Shown: piece by piece, positions 43,260-53,866 of the stretch | How the letters are laid out: each line of letters begins with the position of its first letter | How positions within the stretch are numbered: position 1 is the first letter of the stretch | Origin: Staphylococcus phage vB_StaM_PB50 | Sequence record: OR770614.1 | Direction: 5' to 3' (one strand) | DNA: 64,000 nt | Program-made: the position numbers and the translations under genes | Notes under the pieces: generated by a model | What the model was told of the DNA's origin: nothing | Database searches by the model: none | What the model saw: only the letters and a program-made list of their open reading frames with translations

Positions 43260-44405
43260 ATGGAAAATAATATTTTTAAAACAGTAGCTATAGCAGATCT
43301 ACATTATGGAAAGAAAAATCCTAAAAAATTAACTGATGAACTTAATGAATACTTTGTTAAATATATAGAAGATAATAATGATATTGATATGGTTGTTATT
43401 TCAGGTGACTTATTTGATAGAGTTATTAGATTTAATGAACCTTCTGGTAAAGAAGTATTAGAGTTCATGGACCGTATGTTCACTTTATCAGAAGAAAAGA
43501 ACTTCTTATTACGTTTATTAAAAGGTACAAAAACACATGACTTTAATCAACTTGATGTATTTAATCAAAATGAGTTAGAGTATAATAATTTTAAGATTAT
43601 TAATACATTGGAATCTGAATTAGTTAAACATAATGGTAAAGAAGTTAATTTACTTTATATACCTGAAGAATATCCAGATGATAAGAAAGAATTTTATAAT
43701 GAGTTACTATATTCAGTTGAAGATAATACTTATGATAATATATTTGGACATGGTATGATTGATTTTGTAACATTTGTACCGGATGAAGATGATTCAGAGA
43801 ATCCAGTTAAGTCAGCTCCAATATTAGAATCAAAAGAATTAATGAGAGTTACTAAAGGTGTAACTGTATATGGGCATATTCATGATTTTCATGAATATAA
43901 AGATAAAGTATATTATTGTGGTTCATATTCAAGATATTCTTTTAAAGATACTGAAGATAAAGGATTCTTAGTTATTGAAAATAATCTTGATGAAGATGAT
44001 TATAATGTAGAATTAATTTTAAATGAAAAAGCTCCAACTTACGTTACTATAAATATGGATCAATATGAAAATCTAACGGAACAAAAGAAACTAGAAATAA
44101 TCAATGAGTTACGTCAAGAAAATGATTATGTAAGATTTGTTTCAACGTCTAAGGATGATGTTGATATAATTAAGCAAATTTCTAGTTCTGATAAAAATAT
44201 AAAGGTACAATTTAACAACAAAAATATTAAGGAAGTAAAAGTTGACGAGAAATATCAATTTATCTTAGATGATGAACTTGATGTACCTGAGACTATTATT
44301 AAATTTAACTCTATTAAACATGATAAAGATTTAGATTTAAAAGAGGTTAAAAATATAATTGATCCAGATTTTGAAGATTTAATTAATTTAGATAAAGAAA
44401 AATAA
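43260..44405 (+). CDS. SbcD/Mre11-like calcineurin-fold phosphoesterase (recombination nuclease)
   Basis: Motifs IADLHYG, ISGDLFDR and YGHIHDFH. Confidence 0.6.
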   Translation: MENNIFKTVAIADLHYGKKNPKKLTDELNEYFVKYIEDNNDIDMVVISGDLFDRVIRFNEPSGKEVLEFMDRMFTLSEEKNFLLRLLKGTKTHDFNQLDVFNQNELEYNNFKIINTLESELVKHNGKEVNLLYIPEEYPDDKKEFYNELLYSVEDNTYDNIFGHGMIDFVTFVPDEDDSENPVKSAPILESKELMRVTKGVTVYGHIHDFHEYKDKVYYCGSYSRYSFKDTEDKGFLVIENNLDEDDYNVELILNEKAPTYVTINMDQYENLTEQKKLEIINELRQENDYVRFVSTSKDDVDIIKQISSSDKNIKVQFNNKNIKEVKVDEKYQFILDDELDVPETIIKFNSIKHDKDLDLKEVKNIIDPDFEDLINLDKEK

Positions 44406-44432
44406 TGACGTAATGGAGAGTGTATTAACGAT

Positions 44433-46187
44433 ATGGCATTTTTAGATAATAACATGACAAACCAAAACCAGAACAACGGACAATCATACTTTATAGATGA
44501 AAATCAACAAATGATAAATTATGCAAATATAAGTATACCGTATAATACTTTAATGCAGATAATTAAGTATACAATTACGGAAAATAGACTTATTAATAAT
44601 ACAAATTTAAAAAGATTAAATAAATTCTTAGGAAATATAAATGAAGATTCTGTTTATGATGAACGTCAACAACACCAAAAAGATACAATTAAAGTATTAA
44701 AAGAATTAGTTAAAGTTAGATTAGAAGAGTCTATAGAATCTCCTTCTATACTTTTAGAACATCTAGTAGATAAATTTAAGGGTAAAATGTCTGAATCACA
44801 TTTATATGAAATAGTGAATGGTATTAAAATGTATTATGATGGTGATCTAAAGCATTTATCTGATAAAGAAATTGATAGTATTAATACGTATGTAAAAGAA
44901 AGATATGCTGCTTTGGAGTTATATCAAAAAGTAAATCTATTTAAATATGCATATGATCAATTAACCATGGATCGATTAAGTCCATCCGATTTATTAAAAG
45001 AAATATCTGAACCGATATCTCAAGTTAATAAAGTTATTAAAAGAACTACAAACACTTCATCTAGCACTAAAAATAGCTTTATTAACTTTTTAGAAACAGA
45101 TATGGCTGTAGAGGTAATGGCGGATTCAATTGATAAATTAAGAAATCCAACTAATAAACTTAAAACTGGATATAAGATGTTAAATAAAATGATTAATGGT
45201 GGTTTTGAAAATGGTCGTGTTTATTCATTCTTCGGAACACCTAAAAGTTTTAAATCTGGGACATTACTTAATATGTTAATGAGTGTTACTTTAGCTAACA
45301 AAGCTTCTGATATTAATAATTTAGATCCTAATAAAAAACCAGTAATATATTATTTAACTATGGAAAACTCTATGAGTGAATCTCTTGATAGGCTTTATGA
45401 ATATGTAACAGGTCATTCTATGAGTGAATCAAATCAATCACCACAAGAATGTGTAAATCAATTAATTGATTATACTTATAGACAAACTGGAATTAGTATT
45501 GTAGTTGAATATAAAAAGAATAATGAAGTATCTACTGATTATCTTTATGAAGTTTATGAAAACTTAGAAGATGAAGGATATCAATTAATGATGGTTGTAC
45601 AAGACTATTTAAAACGTATTAGAGCTTCAGATCATATTGAAGATTTACGTATACGCTTAGGTGCAATTAGTGATGAATTTACGGTATTTGCTAAGGAAAA
45701 GGATATACCAGTAGTGACAGCAGCTCAACTTAACAGAGAGGCATACAGAAATGTAGAGAAAGCTATAAGTGAGAAAAAGACAGATATTGCTAAGCAATTA
45801 GATAGAAGTCAAATTGCTGAATCAGCTATGATTATAGAAAACATAGACTACGGTATAATTATTAATAGAGAAAATGCTAGTGATGAAACTCAAGATGATC
45901 ATTTATCATTTAAATTGATTGCTAGTCGTGGTAAAATGGGTGAAGATAGAGTTGAATACTTTGCTCAACCGTTTGATAATTCATTTAAACTTGCTGTTGA
46001 TGAGGGAACACCTGAACTTAAAGGTGTAGATTCTATAGGATCAAACTTAGAAAGCACTATAGATTCTGTGGCAGCTAAAACTAAAATGACTAATATTGCT
46101 AATCAATTTAAAAATGGTCCTATTGCTAATGAAAATACAAGTAGTAATGAAGAATTTGAACCTGGTAGTATTTTCCACGATTTTTAA
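44433..46187 (+). CDS. DnaB-like replicative helicase (RecA-fold)
   Basis: Walker A-like FFGTPKSFKSGTLL, Walker B LMMVVQDYL, and H3 VVTAAQLNREA. Confidence 0.55.
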   Translation: MAFLDNNMTNQNQNNGQSYFIDENQQMINYANISIPYNTLMQIIKYTITENRLINNTNLKRLNKFLGNINEDSVYDERQQHQKDTIKVLKELVKVRLEESIESPSILLEHLVDKFKGKMSESHLYEIVNGIKMYYDGDLKHLSDKEIDSINTYVKERYAALELYQKVNLFKYAYDQLTMDRLSPSDLLKEISEPISQVNKVIKRTTNTSSSTKNSFINFLETDMAVEVMADSIDKLRNPTNKLKTGYKMLNKMINGGFENGRVYSFFGTPKSFKSGTLLNMLMSVTLANKASDINNLDPNKKPVIYYLTMENSMSESLDRLYEYVTGHSMSESNQSPQECVNQLIDYTYRQTGISIVVEYKKNNEVSTDYLYEVYENLEDEGYQLMMVVQDYLKRIRASDHIEDLRIRLGAISDEFTVFAKEKDIPVVTAAQLNREAYRNVEKAISEKKTDIAKQLDRSQIAESAMIIENIDYGIIINRENASDETQDDHLSFKLIASRGKMGEDRVEYFAQPFDNSFKLAVDEGTPELKGVDSIGSNLESTIDSVAAKTKMTNIANQFKNGPIANENTSSNEEFEPGSIFHDF

Positions 46188-46202
46188 AAAAAAAAATATA
46201 AT

Positions 46203-46233
46203 CCCCAATACCTATTAATTTAGGTATTGGGGA
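46203..46233. terminator. Bidirectional terminator between convergent genes
   Basis: CCCCAATACCTA / TAGGTATTGGGG stem flanked by A10 and T10 runs. Confidence 0.7.
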
Positions 46234-46252
46234 AATTTTATTATTTTTTTTT

Positions 46253-47029
46253 TTATAAAAGAGTACTTATTAAATCTGTTAAAAATCTTAATTGATTTTC
46301 ATATGATAAATTACCATTTCTTAAATTATCTTCCAAATCTTCATCTATAAAAACTTTCATTGTGTTTAAGTCTATAATATATTCATTCTCTATAATATCT
46401 TTATAATACCCTGGATCTAAATTATGATTTATCAGATTATTTTTAAATATTAGTAGTTTCTTGTAAAGATCTGTTTTATCTTTCTTTTTATCTTCCCAAA
46501 GACATTCAAATAAAAAATTAAATAAATATTTTTCATGATGTTCTTTAATTCCTTTCTGATAACCTTTAATTTCTATTCTATTATTATACAAATCAATATA
46601 ATGTTCTTTATCTAATATATTGATGTAATTGTCAAATGTATCGCTTTCAACAAACCTAACATTATTTGATATTTTTAAATTATTACATTTTTTACCAATA
46701 ACAAAAATAGCATCTTTTTTTATACTTAAAATATCATTATCTGATAAATTATTATTCATCATAAAAAACTTTCTAGCTATTTTAAAACCTTCTATTAGTG
46801 CATTATTCATATCTTTATTCTTTCTTAACATCTTACCAATGATTACATTTCTTTCGTACTTAGGTGTGTTTTTTAACATATTGTAAGTTTTTTCATCTAA
46901 CCAATTAGAGTCATAAAGAATATTCATTCCTGCTGACTTTATATCATACTCAGTAATGATAGTATCTTTAATATATTTAACTTTAGATGTATAGTTCGTT
47001 TTTTGCCATAAATTAGACACTATCATCAC
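46253..47029 (-). CDS. Hypothetical protein
   Basis: 258-aa ORF. Confidence 0.5.
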   Translation of the reverse strand: MMIVSNLWQKTNYTSKVKYIKDTIITEYDIKSAGMNILYDSNWLDEKTYNMLKNTPKYERNVIIGKMLRKNKDMNNALIEGFKIARKFFMMNNNLSDNDILSIKKDAIFVIGKKCNNLKISNNVRFVESDTFDNYINILDKEHYIDLYNNRIEIKGYQKGIKEHHEKYLFNFLFECLWEDKKKDKTDLYKKLLIFKNNLINHNLDPGYYKDIIENEYIIDLNTMKVFIDEDLEDNLRNGNLSYENQLRFLTDLISTLL

Positions 47030-47045
47030 TCCTTTTCATATAATA

Positions 47046-47612
47046 TTATTGATTAACAAATTTATGTTTAATCAAAGTTTTAATAAAGTCCTTTTCAGAT
47101 AACCAATCTCCTGTATTATTATATACATTAATATCAGTAACTTCATCTAAATCTTCTTTTTCTTTAATCAAATCTTTTTCATTTCTTCCTTCACGTTTAA
47201 TTTGATTATTTTCGTTAATAACTTGAATTGTTACTATATCTGATTCATTTCCGTATTTTTCTTTAATATCTCTCACAGAAGCATCTCTGCCTTCTCTATT
47301 TACAATGATTATATTTACATTGTATAAACCATTTTCTGGATATCTATAACTTTGATCAATAGTACCATAATAATTTTCATAGAAATTGGTTTTAGCAATT
47401 AATTTATCTTTCATAGAATCGTATTCTTCTTTATTTAAAAACACATAATCTTTCCCATCAATTTCATTATCTCTAATTGGTCTAGTTGTTACTTGATCTA
47501 ATTTTTTGAAAGATAAATGTGGAAAATCTTTTTGGGTTACTAAATTCTCAGCCAAATAAGATTTTCCACTTCCTGAAACTCCACATAATAAAATAAATTT
47601 TTTCATATCCAA
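47046..47612 (-). CDS. Guanylate kinase-like nucleoside monophosphate kinase
   Basis: P-loop CGVSGSGKS plus the GMP-kinase motif TTRPIRDNEIDGKDYVF. Confidence 0.7.
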   Translation of the reverse strand: MDMKKFILLCGVSGSGKSYLAENLVTQKDFPHLSFKKLDQVTTRPIRDNEIDGKDYVFLNKEEYDSMKDKLIAKTNFYENYYGTIDQSYRYPENGLYNVNIIIVNREGRDASVRDIKEKYGNESDIVTIQVINENNQIKREGRNEKDLIKEKEDLDEVTDINVYNNTGDWLSEKDFIKTLIKHKFVNQ

Positions 47613-47676
47613 ATCTCTCCTCAGAATTCAATTATTATAATATTTTATTCTTCGGAAAATATAAAAAATTAATATA

Positions 47677-48438
47677 TTATTTTGCTTTAATACCATCGTT
47701 TTCACGCAATTTTCCTATGAGATTAATAAATTCATTATAATTTTTGTCTACTACTTTTATATAATTGTATCCTGAATTTTTAGCAACTTCATCTTTTTTC
47801 TTTTCTTTAATTTCATCACGTTTTTGATAATGATTATTTTTACCTTTAATTTCTACTAATAAATTAAAATCAGGCATGTAAAAATCAGGCATGTAAAAAT
47901 GTTCTTTATTAGCAAATTTATAAGGTAATGCTATATTTGATGGTGATAATACGTTATTTGATTTAAGATCCATTTGCGTATCTAAGAAGTTAAGGAAATC
48001 TTTTTCATAAGACCCTACATATTGAGTAGGTAATCCTTTGCCAGAACTCCAATGATATTTACCTGAAATTCTTCTATTTTCTAACATTTTATTTTGCATA
48101 TCTGGATCATTTAGTAAAGTTGTTTTACCGTACTTTTTATTCATTCTATCTTTAAACTGCTGTCTATATTTATCTTTACATATTTTATCATGTACACGCT
48201 CATACTTTTCAGTCTGTTCATTAAATTTAGTTGGTTTTCCACATATAATACATGTACCATGAGTTTTTTTATTTCTATAATTAAAATATACATTTGCTGG
48301 AGATAAATCACCCAATTCTAAAGGATGTGTTTTTTCCATATGGTTATATAAACCACTTTTGTTAATATATTTTTTATCACAGAAAGGACATTTATGATAT
48401 TTTGTTGCCATTATTAAATTCACCGTTCTTTCTCTCAT
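47677..48438 (-). CDS. C2H2 zinc-finger protein
   Basis: N-terminal CPFCDKKYINKSGLYNHMEKTH; contains the in-frame duplicated YMPDFYMPDF. Confidence 0.55.
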   Translation of the reverse strand: MRERTVNLIMATKYHKCPFCDKKYINKSGLYNHMEKTHPLELGDLSPANVYFNYRNKKTHGTCIICGKPTKFNEQTEKYERVHDKICKDKYRQQFKDRMNKKYGKTTLLNDPDMQNKMLENRRISGKYHWSSGKGLPTQYVGSYEKDFLNFLDTQMDLKSNNVLSPSNIALPYKFANKEHFYMPDFYMPDFNLLVEIKGKNNHYQKRDEIKEKKKDEVAKNSGYNYIKVVDKNYNEFINLIGKLRENDGIKAK

Positions 48439-48532
48439 TATTTATAAGATGTTGTTTCTATCATTTATACATAAAAAATTAAGAATATAATATTTTATAT
48501 AATATAATATTATATAGTATAAATATTGAAAG

Positions 48533-48985
48533 TTGGTGAATTATATCGCTAAAGATACAAAACATTTTAGAAAAGAAATATTTATGGCACAAAATGTATA
48601 TAATCGTCAAATGACGTTAGATGACATGGAAGCCATGGGACAAACGATACAGAATTTAATCATTATGAAACCTGGTACATACCCAAATACTCCTGGTTTA
48701 GGAGTTGGTATTGAAGATTATTTATTTGAAATTTTAGATAATGATACAATTATGGATATAAGTGCCAATATAAATAATCAAATAACAAGATATATAGTCT
48801 CTCAGTCAGTAAATGTTGAAGTAAAAATAAGTAAATTAGAAAATAGTAATGCGAATATAAATAGTTTAAAAATAGATGTTAATTTATCTGATATATTAGA
48901 TATAAATAACCAACAGATATTTTCATTCGTATTTGCTTCCAATAATTTAACTAAGAAAATGGTAACTAAATTAGTACTTGCTTAA
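48533..48985 (+). CDS. Baseplate wedge protein (gp25/GPW-like). The start is uncertain (TTG at 48533 or ATG at 48584).
   Basis: LIIMKPGTYPNTPGLGVGIEDYLFE...ITRYIV aligns with T4 gp25 GIITTRKGSRPFDPEFGCDLSDQLFE... Confidence 0.65.
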   Translation: MVNYIAKDTKHFRKEIFMAQNVYNRQMTLDDMEAMGQTIQNLIIMKPGTYPNTPGLGVGIEDYLFEILDNDTIMDISANINNQITRYIVSQSVNVEVKISKLENSNANINSLKIDVNLSDILDINNQQIFSFVFASNNLTKKMVTKLVLA

Positions 48986-49022
48986 ATATAAAATTAAAAG
49001 AAAAGAATGGAGAATATTATAA

Positions 49023-50474
49023 ATGGTAAGAAAAGCAGACAATAATGAACTTGATAACTTCATGTCAGAAGATGAATTAAAAGAATTAGGCGTAGACGTT
49101 GATAAAAAGCAAGAAGAAACAAATAATAATCAAAATAAATCACAAAATAACCGAAATAAAAATAATAACAGAAACAGTAATAAAAATAAACGTAAGAAAA
49201 ATAATAACCAAAATAAATCAGCTATTCCGACTCAAAGAAATAAGAATAACCAAAAACAAAATGAAGAAGCTAAAACTGATCATATTGATTTATCTCAACC
49301 CGAACCAGCTCAAGGTTATAAAGACTATGATCATTTAACTCAAAAAAACGAAGAACCTACCTTATCTTCTCCAGCAGAAGATACTGAATCTATGACTTTA
49401 GATCAATTTGAAAGTCATCAACAAGATCTTAATAGACATCAACAAAAAGTTCAAAAAGAAATTGAAGAACTTTCTAAAATTGATTCTAATGAAAGAAATA
49501 ATATTTTAAGTAATATTAATGTAGATTTAAATAATATTGAAATTATTTCAGATATTGACTATGATGTTAATAAAGAAAATACTAATTTTGTATTAAATAG
49601 TAAAGCTACCCATCAAGTAGTATTATCTCAATCAGCTTATATTGCTCATATGGAAAGTTTACGTAACCAAGAAATTCTTTCTATTGCAGAATCTATTGAT
49701 GATGATTATAATTCAGTTTTAAAAAGATATCAGTTATACTTCCATAAAGTTAATACAAATTCATTAGGGATTAAAAACTTCTCAGATTTTGCTAAGTTAA
49801 CTTCTGTATATGATGTTAGTACTTTAGAATACGGATTATACAATATTTCATTCCCTGGTGAGACTAAATTTGATATTAAATGTGGTAGTTGTAAAGAAGA
49901 ACTTAAAGACGTTAAAATCTCTAATGATCAATTAATGTCATTTAAAGATGAAAAAGCTTATGAACATGTAACTAAAAATGTTCATAATATTACAACTAAA
50001 GAAGAAAATGAAAAACATTCATTAATTTCTAAAACTGAAAGAATTATGTTAAATGACTCTAAAATTATCTTTGATATTATCACACCTACTATTGATAAAC
50101 ATTTAACTGTATTAGCAAGTATTCATACAGATGGATTAAGTCCAGAAGAAGCGGATAGATTTAAAAATAACTCAACTGCTTTAATGCATGTTAAAAATGT
50201 ATACGTACCAGATTTAAAATCTCTTAAAGAAGATGGAAAACCTAAATTCCAAAAAATTCCTGAAGAATCACTTCAAGAAATTATGACAATTATTGAGAAC
50301 TTATCTGTACGTGATGGGCATCAATTAACTGATAAGATCTATGATTCTGTAGGTAAAAATGCTATAGAATATGCAATTAATGGAGCTAAATGTCCTAATT
50401 GTGGAAATGATCTTGGAAAAATTGATATCGATATGACAGAAGTACTTTTCAAGGAAGCTCTTCATTTGGTTTAA
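49023..50474 (+). CDS. Hypothetical protein with an N/K/Q-rich basic low-complexity N-terminus and a C-terminal Cys cluster
   Basis: 483-aa ORF with CGSCKEE...CPNCGND. Confidence 0.5.
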   Translation: MVRKADNNELDNFMSEDELKELGVDVDKKQEETNNNQNKSQNNRNKNNNRNSNKNKRKKNNNQNKSAIPTQRNKNNQKQNEEAKTDHIDLSQPEPAQGYKDYDHLTQKNEEPTLSSPAEDTESMTLDQFESHQQDLNRHQQKVQKEIEELSKIDSNERNNILSNINVDLNNIEIISDIDYDVNKENTNFVLNSKATHQVVLSQSAYIAHMESLRNQEILSIAESIDDDYNSVLKRYQLYFHKVNTNSLGIKNFSDFAKLTSVYDVSTLEYGLYNISFPGETKFDIKCGSCKEELKDVKISNDQLMSFKDEKAYEHVTKNVHNITTKEENEKHSLISKTERIMLNDSKIIFDIITPTIDKHLTVLASIHTDGLSPEEADRFKNNSTALMHVKNVYVPDLKSLKEDGKPKFQKIPEESLQEIMTIIENLSVRDGHQLTDKIYDSVGKNAIEYAINGAKCPNCGNDLGKIDIDMTEVLFKEALHLV

Positions 50475-50542
50475 TCAATACTGTCGATAGTAAGCAATAT
50501 AAGAAAAAAGTATATGAAGATGCCGCTTATCTTGCTTATCTA

Positions 50543-50740
50543 TTGGACCTCTTTGAAGGGCGTTTAAGTTTTAATGAAATACTTACTATGGATTTGAATA
50601 TACTTAATTCAATGACAAAAGCTAAAGAAAAAGAAATGAAAAATAAACGATTACAGCAGAAAAAAGTTGAATCTGCTACTAGAAAAGATTTTGATAATGG
50701 TATGCCTAAGTTGGATTTACCTAGACATCTTAATAGTTAA
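50543..50740 (+). CDS. Small hypothetical protein
   Basis: 65-aa ORF. Confidence 0.3.
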   Translation: MDLFEGRLSFNEILTMDLNILNSMTKAKEKEMKNKRLQQKKVESATRKDFDNGMPKLDLPRHLNS

Positions 50741-50763
50741 TAAAGAAAGGATGGATTTTCCGA

Positions 50764-51057
50764 ATGGTTCTTAGTACAAAAGAGAGTCAGAAAATCCTTC
50801 ATATTTATGATTCACTAGTTGATAATGATGAAAATCTTTTATCATCTTTATGTCATTCAAATAAAGGTTTACTTTTTGTAGACCTTTTATATGACATAGA
50901 TTATAAAATTAAAGAAGGATTTTCTAAAGATAATAATGAATTTAATTACATTATATTAGAAACTGAAGAAAAAGAAAAATTAAAAGAAAAAGCTCTTTAT
51001 AAAAAAAATTTAAAAATCGAAGACAACAAGGATTCTATAAGAATTTCAGTAGTATAA
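50764..51057 (+). CDS. Hypothetical protein
   Basis: 97-aa ORF upstream of the chaperonin. Confidence 0.45.
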   Translation: MVLSTKESQKILHIYDSLVDNDENLLSSLCHSNKGLLFVDLLYDIDYKIKEGFSKDNNEFNYIILETEEKEKLKEKALYKKNLKIEDNKDSIRISVV

Positions 51058-51074
51058 AGGAGAGAATTACTTAA

Positions 51075-52832
51075 ATGAGTGAACATAAGAAAAATAAAAA
51101 GTTAGTATCAAATATAGTAGATGAAGATTCATACAAAGAAATAGCTGAATTAACAATTGACACTATTTCTAGTACGTTAATGAAATCATTAGGATATTAT
51201 GGTTCTACTACAATATTTGATGATGGTATTAGTAGATTTGTGACTAAAGACGGATATAATATTTTAAAAAATATTAGATTTCAAGATACTATTGCTGCAG
51301 CGATATTAAACTTCATTAAAGAAGTTTCATTATCATTAGTTAAAACTGTAGGCGATGGATCTACTTCTTCAGTAATTAATTCTCAAGCTATGTTTAAAGA
51401 AATTAATGCTAGATTAAAAGAAAAAGATGATTTAGGTGGTTTCTCTCGTAAAGAAATTTCCGATTCATTAAATAACATGAAAGATTTAATTACAGAAGGT
51501 TTAAAAGATAAATCTATAGAAATTAATGAAGACAATTTCTATAAATTAAAAAATATTGCTACAGTATCAAACAACAATGATGAAAAATTAGGTGAGATGG
51601 TTTACGAAATCTTTTCTCAAATAGGTAAAAATGGTTTTATTACACCTGAAATTTCAGACAATGAAGAAGATTACTACTCATTAACTAAAGGTATTGAGAA
51701 AAATAATGCGTTATTAGATAATAAATTAATTAATGATAAAGAAAATCATTCAGTTGATTTTAATAAACCTCATGTAGTAGTAGTTAATGATAAATTAAAA
51801 GAAGAAGATATTAAGTGGTGTGGTGAAATTGTTACTTCATTACAACCTTTCTCTAGTAAAGGTTTAGTATTTGTTGCACCTAGCTTTTCTAAAGAATTTA
51901 TTAGTTGGGTAAAAGTATTACTAAATGCTAACCGTAATAATGGAGGTTTAAAGGCAGCTGAAGCTGAATTTGAATTATCTGTAGCATCTTATAGTAAAGA
52001 CCCTGAAGAATTAGAAGATCTTGCAATATATGTAGGTTCAAATGTTATTGATATGACAATTGATCCAGAAGATTTTAAAAAGAATATTGTTGATAAATTA
52101 GAAGATTCTAGAAGTAATCCATTAAATTGGATGGAATTCCAACAACAATATGTAGGGCGTACTGAAAGATTTCTAATTGATTCTTTTAAAACTCAAATCA
52201 TTGAAGGTCATGGCAATAAAACTGAAACTGGTGCTAGAAGATTGAAAGATCGTATTGCAGAAATAAATAATGAAATTAGTTATTTTGCAGACATGAATTC
52301 AGAACAAGCTATTGGAGAAATTACTACATTACAACGTAGAGCTAATTCTTTAAATAGTGCAATTGCTAAGTTATATGTTGGCGGATCTTCTCAAGCAGAG
52401 AAAATCTCTCGTAAATATTTAGTAGAGGATTCAGTACATGCTTCTAAATCAGCATTGAAATTTGGTTATGTATCTGGAGGAAATTTATCAGTAAATAAAG
52501 TTATCAAAAATATTGATACAGAAAAATTATCTGATTTAGATAGATTAGTCTTAGACTTAATTGATATTTCTTCTCGTGAAGTATATCATAAAGTATTAGA
52601 AAACTTCAATAGATTTAAAAAACCTGAAATAGAATCTATGACTCAGACTTGTATTAGTAAAGATGCAATTTATAATATTAAAACTGCTGAATATGAAGAT
52701 GATACAGAAACTGATATTATAAACTCTGTAGAAACAGATATTAAAATACTAGAAACTACAATTAGTATCATTGGTTTAATTTCATTAAGTAACCAATTCT
52801 TAACTAATTCTTTAATTATTCCACAAGATTAA
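51075..52832 (+). CDS. GroEL/Hsp60-like chaperonin
   Basis: VTKDGYNILKNIRFQD...ILNFIKEVS...VGDGSTSSVI matches GroEL ITKDGVSVAREIELED...AGDGTTTATV. Length is 585 aa. RBS AAGGAGAG. Confidence 0.7.
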   Translation: MSEHKKNKKLVSNIVDEDSYKEIAELTIDTISSTLMKSLGYYGSTTIFDDGISRFVTKDGYNILKNIRFQDTIAAAILNFIKEVSLSLVKTVGDGSTSSVINSQAMFKEINARLKEKDDLGGFSRKEISDSLNNMKDLITEGLKDKSIEINEDNFYKLKNIATVSNNNDEKLGEMVYEIFSQIGKNGFITPEISDNEEDYYSLTKGIEKNNALLDNKLINDKENHSVDFNKPHVVVVNDKLKEEDIKWCGEIVTSLQPFSSKGLVFVAPSFSKEFISWVKVLLNANRNNGGLKAAEAEFELSVASYSKDPEELEDLAIYVGSNVIDMTIDPEDFKKNIVDKLEDSRSNPLNWMEFQQQYVGRTERFLIDSFKTQIIEGHGNKTETGARRLKDRIAEINNEISYFADMNSEQAIGEITTLQRRANSLNSAIAKLYVGGSSQAEKISRKYLVEDSVHASKSALKFGYVSGGNLSVNKVIKNIDTEKLSDLDRLVLDLIDISSREVYHKVLENFNRFKKPEIESMTQTCISKDAIYNIKTAEYEDDTETDIINSVETDIKILETTISIIGLISLSNQFLTNSLIIPQD

Positions 52833-52945
52833 AATTTAAACTCTACCGAAACCATTATGAATTTAATTAATGGTTTCGGTTTATTTTTGCAAATCAATTA
52901 AAATTATATACATTTTTAAAATTTTTATTTTTATTAAACTTTTAC

Positions 52946-53776
52946 TTGCTTTTTTATAAAAGTTTTGTTATAATTAAAAATGTAGTAGAAAATAAGGAGG
53001 AATTTTTATTGGTTAATATGACAGCTTCTCAATTCCTTAAAAACCCTACAGGAAAGGGATCAGCTACTGTAGCTAGACGTGATCGTATTATTTTAGATAT
53101 GAGAACAAGATTTTCTTATTTATATAAGAAAAATAAAAGAAGTTTTAAATTAAAGATATTTCTTCATCAAGAAAACTATTATTTCTATTTTCAAATACCT
53201 TCAGAAGATTACTTCAAAGATGGATTACATTATGACGTAATCATAGAATTTAGACCACCTAATGAAAAAGCAGCTAAAACTAAAGATCTTAATAATTATT
53301 TAATAAGATTTATAAGTAACTCTCCAAACTTTATGTTTACATACGGTTACTTATATAATAAAGATGATTTACTTATTAGCTGGTTGAGTTATAAATTAGG
53401 TAAAAAAGCTTTAACTCAAGCTCCAGTTGTTAGAAACCCTAGACATGAATACGGTTTTGAAAAATCAGTTTATTTTGCACTATTGTATTTAGAAACAAAT
53501 CCTAAAGCATTAAAAAATCCTTTACATTTAACATTACCGAATAGACAAAGAATTAAGAAAACTTTTATGCCTTCAGATTTAAAGTTAAAAGAATACAATA
53601 GAATTAAAAAACAAAATACTCAAAAAGAAAAGAATAGAAATATTGTGACTAAGCAAATAAGTAATCAATTAGATAAAAGACGACAAGAACAACAAAGAAA
53701 AACAAAACCAATCAATCGTAAATCCAAACCTATTGGAAAAGTTAAAAAAGTAAAGACTACCAAAAAGAGAAAATAA
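52946..53776 (+). CDS. Hypothetical protein with a highly basic C-terminal tail
   Basis: 276-aa ORF ending in a K/R-rich tail. Confidence 0.5.
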   Translation: MLFYKSFVIIKNVVENKEEFLLVNMTASQFLKNPTGKGSATVARRDRIILDMRTRFSYLYKKNKRSFKLKIFLHQENYYFYFQIPSEDYFKDGLHYDVIIEFRPPNEKAAKTKDLNNYLIRFISNSPNFMFTYGYLYNKDDLLISWLSYKLGKKALTQAPVVRNPRHEYGFEKSVYFALLYLETNPKALKNPLHLTLPNRQRIKKTFMPSDLKLKEYNRIKKQNTQKEKNRNIVTKQISNQLDKRRQEQQRKTKPINRKSKPIGKVKKVKTTKKRK

Positions 53777-53866
53777 AGTTAAATATATATTATAAAAATG
53801 TATTTAATATAATAATTTTAAATATACTTATCATTTTATTAATTATCTAAGGAGAGTGTGTCTTAA

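Noticed and set aside
50764-51057. A GroES-like co-chaperonin upstream of the chaperonin
   Set aside because: The sequence lacks the glycine-rich mobile loop and the GroES beta-barrel signature. Its size match (97 aa) is probably coincidental.
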